DNA of 39,659 nucleotides from Octopus sinensis (taxonomy: Eukaryota). The stretch's first letter is position 1, and each line of letters starts with the position of its first letter. The stretch spans positions 1 through 39,659 of the forward strand of contig NW_021835547.1 of the NCBI RefSeq assembly GCF_006345805.1, written 5' to 3'. A model generated the notes under the pieces. The model ran no database searches. It saw nothing but the letters and a program-made list of their open reading frames with translations, and was not told where the DNA came from. Shown piece after piece: positions 1 through 12,612 of the stretch. Made by a program: the position numbers and the translations under genes.

Positions 1-204
1 TGCTCATCTTGTCTCATTTTATCGAGATTCAATTGGCAAATAATCAAATAATCGATATATAATTTCTTCTTTCTATTGATTCTCCTTGTTCAGCCTCAAG
101 ATAATACGGCGTTTAAGTTCGAGACAAAAAATAAATACGCGACCGCCTCTTTCCCCCTAATCGCAGACATATCCACTCAAATACAAAACGACCCACGTCT
201 CTAT

Positions 205-700
205 GCATGTATGAATGTATACATACCTATAATGAGTGTGAATTTGTGTGTGTGCATATATGCACGCATATATATGTGTGTATGTATGTATATATGTTTG
301 TATGTATGTTTGTATGTATGTGTGTGTTTAAGTATATTTACATTTGCTTCTCTCTCACTTTCTTCATCTCCTTCAAGGTCTATTTATGAGTTCTTGTGTA
401 AGAATGCGGATATGTGTACACACACATATATATATACACATAAATATATGTACTTATATTTATTATATATATATATGTATGTATATATATATATATATAT
501 ACATATACACAATATATATGCACATATATATACATATGTATTGGGTTAAAAATATATTTAAACATCCATACATAGGTACATATTTATATATATATATGCA
601 TATCTATATATGTACATATATATATACATATGTATATGTATATATATATGCATACATATATATAGCCATACATACACACACACACATATATATTATATAT

Positions 701-731
<31 letters not shown>

Positions 732-742
732 TATAGGTATTT

Positions 743-792
<50 letters not shown>

Positions 793-830
793 ATATATAT
801 TTATATTTATTATATATATATACCTGTGTG
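205..830. repeat. Compound (AT)n/(GT)n/(AC)n microsatellite
   Basis: Direct reading; source of several spurious Y/I/C/V ORFs. Confidence 0.95.
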
Positions 831-1139
831 TGTGTTATCTGTTGACACAATGCAGAACAACGACCACTGAATGGAGTAACTACACCTCCAAACCCACTGA
901 CCCCGTTCTACACCACCACCGCCGCCATGCACCAGTGACGTGTGTCTCGACGTCTGTTTCACTTCTCGGTTAAATCTTTGCAATTTCATAAAGAAGTGCT
1001 CTACCAGTTGACACTGTGAAGTGATTAAGTTCGATTTTGATGTCAGACATCTGTTTTCAATATTAAATCCATGTAAACATTGCTTTCATTGGAATAGATC
1101 TATGCATGTATGTGTCTTTTGTGTGTTTCTGTGCGTGTG

Positions 1140-1700
1140 GCCGTATATATATAAATGTATGTGTATATATTTGTATATGTAGGTACATATATACATATAC
1201 ATATATAGTAATGTATACGTGTGTGTCTGTACGTGCGTGCGTGTGAGTTTATGTATACTCACACACATATATATGGAATTTATACATCTATGTGTGTGTA
1301 TATATATATACACATACACACATATATATACATATATATCTATATATATATATACACACATATATGCATATATATACACATATATATACACATATATACA
1401 CATATATATACACACATATACGCATATATATACACACATATACGCATATATATACACACATATATATATATGCATATATATACACATATGTATGCATATA
1501 TATATACACATATATATTCACATATACTAACATATATATTCACATATATACAAGCATATATTCACACAGATATATACATACATATACACATATACATATA
1601 TATATGCATATACATACACATATATATATATACATATAAATATACATATATATATATGAAATATATCTATATACATACGTGTGAGTATGTTCGAGCGTGT
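1140..1700. repeat. Compound (AT)n/(AC)n microsatellite with short atatatacac(ac)at sub-units
   Basis: Direct reading. Confidence 0.95.
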
Positions 1701-2323
1701 GTGTGTCAATTCAATAAACGTCACAATTGATGGCACAAAATTCCTATTAGTAATGAAAACGGCAGGAAATTATAAAGGAGGCAAATTCAGTTTCAAACAT
1801 TTTTTTTATCAGGTTTGGTCACTGGAACTAACAGTGTTAGCAAAATATTGGATTCGTCACCAAAGACTCTTTGAGAATTACTCTGGCGTCAGGCTAAATT
1901 GATAAGACATTTTTTTCCTAGCACGCATTATCAACGATGTCATCAGCGACAATCTGTTGGTGAAACAAACATTTTCTGGATAATTCTTTCTTGTTTCAAG
2001 TCGTTCTCTTTTCTCTTATAATCTTAATGGTACAATCTGTGCATTCAGAGCATTTTTTCGTTAGGAAGTTATTGGAATTCAATGTTTTATTTTGCGAAAA
2101 TGTAAGTAGAAGAAATTTGAATTTTGAATTATAATTCTAAAGTCTTGTCATATGACAAGTAACTTTCCAATTATACTTTTGCCCCTTGGATAAAAGTTGC
2201 AGCGTTCACTGACAAAATTCCGTGCTGCAGCACAGAATTTTGTCAGTGAACGCTGCAACTTTTTTCATTCCAGCACACGATCTCAGATCAGGTCACTTGC
2301 TATGCAAGTACATCTCCGAAATA

Positions 2324-2417
2324 CATACATATATATATATATATATATGTATGTGTGTACATATGTGTATATATATGTGTATGTGTATATACATATATAC
2401 GTGTGTTTATACATATC

Positions 2418-2474
<57 letters not shown>

Positions 2475-2520
2475 CATACACACACACACACACACACATT
2501 TATATATACTTACATACATA
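2324..2520. repeat. Compound (AT)n/(AC)n microsatellite
   Basis: Direct reading. Confidence 0.93.
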
Positions 2521-3273
2521 ATTCGATTACAGGACCAAATCTCACTTGTACGTTTTCTTTTACTATTCTAAGAAATGTTTCATAATTTTAAAGATGTCTT
2601 CGTTCTTCGTCTTTCAACTTTGGTTGCTTATTCCATTAATGCTATAAATGGATTTGCGATATTAATTCCTGAAGTGCTATCATTTACCAATAACTTCTAA
2701 CCATAAAACACATAAAACATTATTTATCCTGAACGAGCATATTTTCGCTCGATCTCCTTGAAATAGCAGCTAACTTCCCTTCAGAACGATACTATATAAA
2801 TGTCTGCTGACTTATTCCGAAAAAAGGTTTGATGTCCAATATTTGAATGCTTTTAACAACAGGATTGCTCAATCATGGGTGATCTGGATCTAAGCAACAG
2901 TAAAGTGAGTAAAACCTTATTTGGAAGCCTTTATGTTAGCTGCTACCAATCGGAGCAAACCACCTTTTAAACCAAACTCTCTCTCTCGAGTTACAATAAA
3001 AACAGCACACAAGATAATGTAGAAAAATCGACAAAACCTGTAGAATAAACGTGTCTCTGGGGGCGGAACATCCAGCGTTTCGGATAGATTCGTTCCTCAG
3101 AGAAACTTTAAGTGGAGACACATGAGGCTTCTTTCTGTCAACTTTTCCTTAAAAAACTGTCCAAAACGTTGGGTTTTTTTCCATACTCTAACCCAATCTC
3201 ATTTTAGAGATGTTGCTGAATAATACAATTCTAGCCGACGCAGAACCACAATCTCATTGTGTATTTAAATATT

Positions 3274-3663
3274 CTTTTCTACTCTATGCAAAAGGCCCTG
3301 GGAGGGGGCCAGTCGATTAGATCAACCCCAGTACGCAACTGGTACTTAATTTAGCGACCCCGAAAGGATGAAAAGCAAAGTCGACCTCGGCAGAATTTGA
3401 ACTCAGAACGTAAGGACAGACGAAATACCTATTTCTTTACTACCCACAAGGGGCTAAACACAGATGGGACAAACAAGGACAGACAAAGAGATTAAGTCGA
3501 TTACATCGACCCCAGTGCGTAACTGGTACTTATTTAATCGACCCCGAAAGGATGAAAGGCAAAGTCGACCTCGGCGTAATTTGAACTCAGAACGTAATGG
3601 CAGACGAAATTCCGCTAAGCATTCCACCCGGCGTGCTAACGTTTCTGCCAGCTCGCCGCCTTA
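3274..3663 (-). mobile_element. Dimeric tRNA-head SINE (family A): head-core-tail1 fused to core-tail2
   Basis: The core (ttacgttctgagttcaaattccgccgaggtcgactttgcctttcatcctttcggggtcg) occurs twice. Pol III A/B-box-like head at the right end. 16-bp TSD with 1 mismatch at 3258-3273 and 3664-3679. Confidence 0.88.
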
Positions 3664-6010
3664 TGTGCATTTAAATATTAGAATGCAATGGTCACAGGTG
3701 GAACGTCTTCGTTTCTTTATCTATCGCATCTGCACCGACATGAGAATAATTGTACCGTCTTATATAATGAGGGATGGTCACGATTGTAATGTCATTGATC
3801 ACATGAGATCTTTTTGATCAATATGAAAAAGTTAAACAACTGCAAACAGCGGGGCTTTTACTTAGTTGCTTGACGTGCTACAAACAATAACCAAATCCCC
3901 TTCAAACAGCTTAACGTCTTAAGGGATACAAGGAATCATGTAATCATAGAAAAACCGTTGGGATGATCATTGCTGGAACGTCTTTTTTATATTAGAGAGA
4001 TAAGTTGAAATCCACGCGTAGATAAGTGAGAGAAAGTTAGCTACATCAATGCTCGGAGCCCTGCTCAATAAAGTATAGACCTGGTGTCTAGCAACAACAG
4101 CGACATCAACGTTGAAGTTCTTGTCCTTGAACCACATTTCAAAAAACATCTTTTTTTTTCCAGCATCACTGTTTAGCCTACTTGTGGTCCACTTAGCAGA
4201 TTTAAGCTGCGAAATTTAATCTCTTAAGACGACTCAATGGCTTATTGAAAACTATAGCTACAAGAAATAAGTCCCAACTGTAGCTATATCCGGCATCAAA
4301 GAACAGGATGAGTGCAGTTTTATGTCAAAGTTGCTAAATGTTTGATATGAACGACAGAACGTAAAAACGTTTCTCTCTTTCTTTTATCTCTAATATCCAC
4401 TTTCAGTTTCATGGCCATATCTTCTCTATCTCGACTTAGATTACTTTTATTTGTATAGAATTCAATTTTCACTCATCTCTCTCTATCTCTATCTCTGCCT
4501 GAACTATCTTATTAATGTATCAATCTGAAATTTTAGCCTATATTCTCTTTTACACACAATCTATGCATCTATCTCCACTTTCACACTCTTATCACTGTAT
4601 CCATTTTTATTTCTCTTTATCCTTCACTCTCTCTTTCTCTGATCCCTGTACCTGTCTTAACTTTCACTTTCGTATCTACCTATCTATTTCAACGTAATTC
4701 TCTCGTAGCTCTTTCGACTCTTTATACCTATTGTATCTGTTATCTATTTAAGTCTCTCTATCTTTACTCTTTTATCTGTCCATCTCAGCAAATTTTCAGT
4801 CTCGAATCTATGTATCTATCGCAACTTTTACACTGGTCTCTATATATCTCTCTTACTTTCATTCTCTCATTTTTTTTCCTTTACCGTATTTATCTACACC
4901 TTCACATGCTTATGTTTGTGTCCATCTCAGTTTTAATCGTCTTCTATTTGCTCAACAGCAATCAATCCTCAATACGTTAAATGCTGCTTAAAAACAACAA
5001 CAAATAATCCCTGATTTTCAATTGAAATAAATGCATTCACGCGGAATGGGAAAGCGAAAGAAGTGATCTGTGCAAATCTGCTGCTAATATTCTACAATTT
5101 GAACAGAAAACCAACTTCGACAGGCGCACTTGATGTTTTGAATGTTTTATATTTTTAATAAAGTAGATTAGCATTTTATCAAGAAACGTCAGTTGTTATT
5201 TTCAATGCTTCTGCTGCTGCTGCTGCTGTTGTTTCCGTTGCATGAACGCATTTCAGATTTGATGAATCAGATTTGTTGTTGTTGCTTCTGCTGTTGTTGT
5301 TGTTGTTACATTCGTTGTTGTAGTTTAGTCCTACCCAGTCATCATCGACCATTTCCGGGTCTCTGATGTTATTCTTATTATTTAGCCTTAAGTCAGCCTT
5401 GAATGTGCAATCTTACTATATATAGGCTTCCCATCCGTGATCATCACTTCTACTATAATCATAACATAATTGGCGACTATCCTCAAAACAGTGTGTTCCG
5501 GTTGTCTTCAAGGTCTGGATCGCTCTAATGTTCAACGATATCTGCTCGGTAATTAGACTAAATGGTCACCTTGCGATGACCATTTAGTCTCACCATTTCG
5601 GAGCCTTAATCTGTCACGGACGCCCTCTCTCACGGTTTGCCTATGTACTGACTACTGCGAAAATTAGACATTCCATTCGAACTGGGACACGAAAGAAGCT
5701 TGCTGGTATGTGACGAAGATGTCACCGTAATGAAGTCGGACGTCACAGATGTCGATGTATCAACATCGTTTTGAAAGTCTTTGAGAGGAGCAACCGTTAA
5801 CTGGAGCGAGTTGGTAGCCTTACAACATGGTAATTGTAGAGCAAGGGAAACGTGAAACATTATGGTGGTGCACTGAACGGATATCCCCATGTTGCCTGGA
5901 GTCTGGTTCAGTCTGGACCTCCGTGTAAATAGGAACTGGAGAAAGGCTATGAGCAAGGTGGTTTCTCTCACTCAGAAATGTGTATGAAAGCTCGCATTGA
6001 AAAGTTGAGC

Positions 6011-6200
6011 AGAGCACGCCGGACAAAATGCTTGGCGGCGTTTCGTCCGAAATTACGTTCTGAGTTCAAATTCCGCCGAGGTCGACTTTACTTTCATCCT
6101 TTCGGGGTCGATAAATTAAGCACCAGTGAAACGCTGGGATCGATGTAATCCACTAATCTTCTCCCCACAAATCTGAGACCTGGTACGTCTAGTAGAAACA
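6011..6200 (+). mobile_element. Family A SINE, older tail2-type copy
   Basis: Same core as the 3274-3663 copy in the opposite orientation; followed by (att)n(atc)n. Confidence 0.82.
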
Positions 6201-6204
6201 ATCA

Positions 6205-6238
<34 letters not shown>

Positions 6239-6385
6239 CATCATCATCATCATATTGTCTTTGCACAGCGTCTACGGTGTCAGCTATTATTAATGTAACA
6301 ATCATTTTTCGAGCACCATCCGGAATATTCGAGTGGTTCCAAGCAGTGCTGTTTTCTGAAAGTGCCCCACCTTTATTGCAGGCCC

Positions 6386-7712
6386 TATTATTACTACTAC
6401 TACTACCTCTACTACTACTACCACTACTACAGAGTTAGGGAGGAGTGCATGCCATCAAAGTGACACTGTCTTGTGTTTGTGGATTGTTTTATTTGGGTTG
6501 TACTATTGAATGGGTAGTGTCTTGCCTAGAATGTGGGTTGTTCCAAGCATGGCTATTTTGGTGGGGATAGTGTGTAGTGTTGAATGTCCAGTTATAGCTT
6601 CTTCATCTTTGCTCACACGCATCTGTTCATCATCCCCAATGCTCCAATTATTACAGGTTTTGATTACACATTCAAGCTCCACATCTTCAATACTTCAGTT
6701 TCGAGATCTTTGTACTATGACAATTTCTCCCAATCTGTTGGAGCAATATTTTGGTCAGGAGGGACTGCAATGTCCATCAGTAAGCAGGTGATCCTTTTTT
6801 TGTCACCGATCTTTAATTATGTCTTGGTGATTAACTTTCAATTATTATGACCTAGTCGTTGTCATGTACTTTGTTGGGCACGGGTTTATACCATTTATGG
6901 TCAGTTTTTATGTTGTAGTGTTGCTATAAGTCATATCCTTATATATATTCAGATTCTGCAAGGAATAGAAAGCCAGAAATGTTATGTTCAATTGTTTCAT
7001 TGTGCTGGTTGTACATTCTGCATTTCGTGTTACGGCCTGTTTTGTTTTGCTTTTATAGTTATTTGTGTTCAGGCATTGGTCTTGTGCAACGAGAATCAGC
7101 CCTTCCGTTTCTTCTTTTAATCCAGAGTTTTTGAGCCATTGTTGGATTTTACTTCGGCTCACTTCCCCGCCAGACCTTGCAATCTATTGGCCGTGGAGTG
7201 ATTTTGCTCTCCATTTCTTCTTTAGTCTGTTTCTTTAGTTGTTTTCCTGTGTCTTTTACCATTTCTGTTATGTTGTCATCTGAGACCAGTGTATCAGTGT
7301 GGTCTCTTTTTGCTTTGCATTTTGTCGCCTCCCCGTGTACAGAGAAAAGCGTGTCTTCATTTTTCATTTTTTTGTTTTCGTGTTCCTTTTTTACATGTAG
7401 TAATCTTCCACTTTTTGTTTCGAAATATTTTTCTAGTCTTACTATTGTTATTTTATAGAAGGTCTCTATAGTAGATCTATCATTCTATAGTAGGTCTTTA
7501 TCTCAGAAGGAGGCCCTGACCTCCTTCTGTGTGAGGTAGATATATTGGTGTCTGCTTTGCGGTGGTGATTTTATCCCTGTTATCTTATTTTTAGGACTGA
7601 GTTCAGCGTTCAATATCAGTCTAACTCTTCTTTAGTATTTTCTCCCAATTATTTCTTTCATTTTTCTGTGTTGTATTTTAGCTATTTCGTCTCTTCCCAG
7701 ATAGATATTTTT
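6386..7712 (-). mobile_element. 5'-truncated, degenerate R4/Dong-clade non-LTR retrotransposon (RT thumb, CCHC knuckle, REL endonuclease, 3' UTR, (TAG/TAA)n tail)
   Basis: Minus-strand translation, with stops and frameshifts, gives KMKEIIGRKY*RRVRLILNAELSPKNKIT, WLKNSGLKEETEGLILVAQDQCLNTNNY, CRMYNQHNETIEHNISG, LLMDIAVPPDQNI...EKLS*YKDLETEVLKMW...PVIIGALGM and KIAMLGTTHILGKTLPIQ*. These motifs are typical of R4-type RLE LINEs. Confidence 0.88.
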
Positions 7713-8244
7713 TTTTTTTTATGTACGTCATTTCACGAAGCAGAAATATTTTTCTCCTATATGAAGCATAGTTTCCGTCAGACACATTGTCACAGCAAGG
7801 TATGTGCGTAAAAATGTAAACAACACGTGAGCAAAGGAATTAATCATAGAAGCATTCTCATCTCTACACACATATACACACAACTGCTTCTCGCTTACAG
7901 TTCACACACGGACACATACAGGAACAAGACAAACATTGTTTACGCTACTTAAAAGAGACAAACAATACTAAACAAATAAAAATGGAACACACTTCTTTTT
8001 AAAGCGGAGAGAAGAAAGTGAATATGCTCGAATGAGCACGTGACTGGACAAACGTGTTAAAGTGACATTGAAAAGCGACAAATTAATCTGCGGCGAAATC
8101 AGAGACTTTCAGTTTTTTGCACTTTCTTAAATCCTATTTGGCGACAAACTCGGATTAATCTCGCAGGGAATTCATTGATGCACATCCATTATGTTTGTTA
8201 CTCTCGCTGTGGAACTCATTATTATTATTCTTTTCTCGTTGTAG

Positions 8245-8569
8245 GAAACAAATCCAAAAGCAAGGCTAGAAATGAACCATCACAGCGGAAGCAAGACTCT
8301 TCATCAACCACTGAACTGACAAATGCCAGTTCCAACAGCATAAATGATAGTTATTCTTCCGAAAATCGAACTCATCACACTACAAGCCGCAGCGTCAGTT
8401 TCCAGACCACCGAAAGCTTGTCAATCCAACAAGTCCAACACGAACGCAGTCTGCAAAACAAGAAAAGGGTTATAAAGATGCTGTTTGTTGTTGTCTTGGA
8501 ATTCTTCATATGTTGGACACCATTGTTTACCATTATGACTTGGGAATACTTAGATCGCCGAACTTTAAG
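8245..8569 (+). CDS. CCKAR: Internal exon (ICL3 to TM6/ECL3) of a cholecystokinin/sulfakinin-receptor-like class A GPCR; gene is partial in this window
   Basis: Acceptor ttttctcgttgtAG ends at 8244; donor AG|GTactg starts at 8570. Encodes a Ser/Thr-rich ICL3 then KKRVIKMLFVVVLEFFICWTPLF, closely matching TM6 of CCK/sulfakinin receptors (KKRV.KMLFV.V.EFFICWTP). Phase 1 start, phase 2 end. The symbol is family-level; the paralogue cannot be resolved. Confidence 0.93.
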
Positions 8570-9146
8570 GTACTGTTCACATTTTTAAACTAATTTCTTC
8601 CAATGCATGACCTCCACTACAGTGTTTCTGTATTATTGTCTTGTGTTTAGCATTCTTAACTTTCACCCAGTCGGTCCAGTTTCTAGTCGCGATATAGGTA
8701 CGAATGCATTTTCCTGTCCCTGTTGGCTCGATGTAGCAGAAATAATAGTTAAATCTGTCTCAAACTATACCCTACCGCCTTAAAATAGAATCCATTGCAT
8801 TTTATTAGTCCCATGGTACACTGTGCCTATAAGCAAAAGGTCGTGAGGCTCACGGCTGGATTTTCTTTGACCATAGACCAATTCAAACAGGGTAGATAAA
8901 ACAAGGATACTAGAAATAATTCTTAATTAATATCCTTAATATTATTATCATCATCATACAGGTTATCGACTGTATTAATTTTTTGTGTATTCGGTAATAT
9001 TTTTGTCCTTTTATGAAGGTCTTAATATTTTACTGGTTTTTAATATTTGCACTGCAGCCACGCTAGAGTACCCTCTCAAGGGATATTTAACCAGTCATAT
9101 TCGATCACAGTACATATTTTATCGATCTTTGTCGAGTATGTATATA

Positions 9147-9371
9147 TTTCTTTACTACCCACAAGGGGCTAAACACAGAGGGGACAAACAAGGACAGACA
9201 ATCGGATTAAGTCGAATACATCGACCTCAGAGAGAAACTTTATTTATTGACCCCGAAAGGATGAAAGGCAAAGTCGACCTCGGTGGAATTTGAACTCAGA
9301 ACGTAACGGCAGACGAAATACCGCTAAGCATTCCGCCCGGCGTGCTAACGTTTCTGCCAGCTCGCCGCCCT
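9147..9371 (-). mobile_element. Full-length family A SINE (tail1) in the last GPCR intron
   Basis: Complete head, core and tail; perfect 19-bp TSD tttgtcgagtatgtatata at 9128-9146 and 9372-9390. Confidence 0.93.
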
Positions 9372-10249
9372 TTTGTCGAGTATGTATATAGAATAGAAAC
9401 TTCTGATGTTGCCCGTCCGTCTCTTCGTGACTTCAATGAATTCATTTGGAAATGTAAAGTACTTCACACACATTCTATTCTCTCAATACATTCTGTTCCT
9501 GACAATCGTTCGTGATATTCTTTTTATAATCACAATTCTATTATATATTTATATATATTATCATTTATCTCGTTAAACAAATTCTCTGCTCTGTTCCTTT
9601 ACGTCACACTCATGTCATAGATTCTCTTTCTCTTAGATATTCCACCATTTTCTTCAATAAAGCTAGATTTCAAATACAAGAAACCATTTCCTTGCCATAC
9701 TAAATCGAATGAAGATCTACTTTGTTCAAGATTTTCAAAAGTAATATGTTATCCTATTTAAAATAGATTAAATGGATTTTGAAGAACCGAGCTTAAAATG
9801 GAAACCTTATATAGGTTCGCATTAAGAGTTTATTTTCGGAATGAAAGCAGTTGATATACTTTTCTGTGGATCTCGTACGGATTCCTTTTAAAAGTGTTTA
9901 AATATTTGAAGTAATTTAGCTACAAATTCAAGATATAAAATTAGTTCTTGTACGAAATTAGAAATAAAACTTAATTATCACAACTGAAAGTGCTGCTGCT
10001 ATTGTTGTTGTTCTTCTTCCAATCAGGATTCACGCCATTAGCCACAAAGAATAATCTCTAATTCGAGCCTACTCCAAACTCCTAAGAATGCGTGTAGAAC
10101 TTAAGATCCACCCACCACACGCGATAGACTGGCGGTTGCACGGGTGCGAAAGCTACATTGTTATCCTCATTCCGGAAACGGTGGCTTTTAACCGGTGGAG
10201 AGCTGAACCATCCTGGGGTACATAGGATTCGCAAGCTAGACTAGAGTCT

Positions 10250-10435
10250 GAAAGTTTACCACACCATAGTGGATTACACCATGGTTCCTCTGCTTTGTGG
10301 CAGAAGTAGGAAGGAAGAGTGAGAGAAAGTTGTGGTGAAAGAGTACAGCGGGGTTCACCACCACCCTCGCCAGAGCCTCGTGGAGCTTAGGACTTTTTGC
10401 TCAATAAACACTCACAATGCCCGGTCTGGGAATCG
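10250..10435 (-). mobile_element. Probable SINE fragment of another family, head truncated
   Basis: GC-richer island (gagagaaagttgtggtgaaagagtacagc...gcccggtctgggaatcg) ending in a reverse-complement B-box-like segment. No second copy in the window to confirm; boundaries approximate. Confidence 0.45.
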
Positions 10436-12139
10436 CTGCTGTTGTTGTCATTGTTGTTGAGTCGATTCTGTGAAATCCTGTCTACGATCACATCCGTTCA
10501 ATCCGTGACCATCACTCTTTCTGTATATCTAGGACTACAATGTCCCATATATCTTTCATTTTCTTTTTAAGGTTATGAAATCCTAGACTACGATGTGTAA
10601 AAAAAAATATGTTGTGCGTTTTTTCAAGTGGTAGTGAGTAATTTGGCTGCTATTTCTAGTAATCTGAACCAATTGCGTTCTTCCATTTAGAAAATAAGAT
10701 TTATTTTACAATAGCAGAAGTTTACTCTTTTGTATAAGGAGAAGCAAAAATTAGAGTTTTTAAGGAAAAATATCATTAATGTTGCTTCAAATCTCGTCTC
10801 ACAACCACGTGACATTGATATATGTGTGTGTGTGCGTGTGTGTGTTTCAGTCGTTAACCAAGTTTTATCGAACATATATTTCTTTTGTTAAGAATTGTAA
10901 ACACGCGAAGCAAAATGTTGAGCGACAATCGTCCGTTTTTATGATCTTAGTTCAAATTCTGACAAGATCGATAATCGAGATACCAGCGAAGCACCGTAAT
11001 CAAAATAATCGACATACCGACTCCACTCGAACTTGAAACCAATATCACTGATTTCTGTATTAGCAAAAGTATATCTCATTTAGATAGTTAATACCTTTAT
11101 GCTTTCGACAAAGTCCCTTCAAATAAAAACTGTAAACTAAATTTGGATAAAACTTAGGATATGAGTAGACCAAAATTTTCCCAGCCAAACATAATAGCAT
11201 CAACTTATAGAAACTTGTTGGACAATTTAAATTCCAGTATCGCAGAATCATAACCTATTTAAGTGATAGATTGTTGTTGTTGTTGTTGAGATGTATTCGT
11301 TCAGATATAGTGGTTTGTCACGTATCACCTGAAGAAATTTGTTCCGATATCGTTTGAAGATATTTTCTCCTTTGATTTCTTTTGGGACACTTAAGTACAG
11401 TAGGGTCCGTTGAGGAGAATTATTACGTGTCAATGTGTTTATGTGTTGTAAGCCTGAATTGTATAGGGGGTGGGATGTACAGAGTAGGGGACACAGCCTT
11501 CCAGGAAGCATGGATTTTATGAGAAGGTGCTTTCTGCAATGATGGTGGTTATTCTTCACATTGGCAAAATGATCATCTCTCGTAACAACGTTTGAGAGAA
11601 TTTACTTTTAATATTTTAATGTGGTTCCAATAATCGATATCAATCAGCCATGCCATATTATTTTTATCAAGCTATAATATTTAAGTTCACTCTCGTTTCG
11701 TCGGAGATATTGTAATCTTTATGCTGGGACTAATACCAAAACAATGGTTTTAGATGTGTTTGCTGCAGCTGATGCCATTCTTTGCCAGTGCCATTGACGA
11801 CTTCTTGAAGAACTAATCTTCTTTCTCCTTCAGTGTTGTTTCCCTCTCAACAACGCGACAAGAGAGGCGATGGCGAAATGTACCCAGCTGTTTCAAAGGA
11901 GAATCTGGTGAGCGATGGGAAAAAGAAATCGATGCAGCCAATTAACTTACTAGAAATAGCAACCAAATCAAATACTACTCTCTTGAAAAAGGATTAGCAC
12001 AGATTAGATAATCCTAACAGGCAGGATTAGAACAGCTGAATTACCGTTCCATCAAAACAAGGCACAGTACTCTCGAGGAGTTTATGAGGATGACTGAGCT
12101 CCACATATGACCATCTCAACTTTACAGAGCATTAAGATC

Positions 12140-12390
12140 TTTAACTTTTATCTTCTTTGTTTCAGTTATTTGAGGCGACCATGCTGGGGCACCGCCTTGG
12201 AGAATTTTTTTGTCGAATGAACTGGCTCCAGTATTTCATTACTTTCTTTTAAATCCTGGTAGTCATTCTATCGATCTCTTTTGCTGACCCACTAAGTAAC
12301 AGGGACATAAACATACCAGCACCGGTTGTCAAGGGGTGGTGGGGGACAAACACATACAGAAAGACGTTCACACACACACACACTCACACA

Positions 12391-12457
<67 letters not shown>

Positions 12458-12612
12458 ATGCAAAGGGCTTCTTTACGTTTCCGTTTACCAAATTATTTGG
12501 TCGGCTCGAGACTATAGTAAAGGACGTTCTTGCCAAAGGTGCTGCGCTGAGGGACTGAACCTGTAACCATGCGGTTGAGAAGCAAGCATTTTACCACACA
12601 GCCACACTTGCA
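12140..12612 (-). mobile_element. tRNA-head SINE family B with internal (CA)n/(TA)n/(TG)n microsatellite
   Basis: Colinear with 18925-19340. Reverse-complement head carries a ggttcagtccc B-box; 3' part carries ccatgctggggcaccgcc. Confidence 0.82.

Noticed and set aside
94-208. Candidate upstream receptor exon after a strong pyrimidine-tract acceptor (ttgttcAG at 93) with a GTATGA donor
   Set aside because: The peptide has no GPCR similarity, splicing to 8245 in its open frame creates TGA, the other frames contain stops, and the donor lies in microsatellite.
1740-2930. Possible decayed DNA-transposase coding sequence around the palindrome
   Set aside because: Only vague Cys-containing and hydrophobic fragments on the - strand with many stops; no diagnostic motif.
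5630-6026. 113-aa and 68-aa minus-strand ORFs
   Set aside because: No recognisable motif or splice context; length is compatible with chance in a GC-richer repeat.
11248-11900. Coding-like minus-strand stretch in the last intron
   Set aside because: Possibly an old LINE fragment, but I could not read any RT or endonuclease motif.
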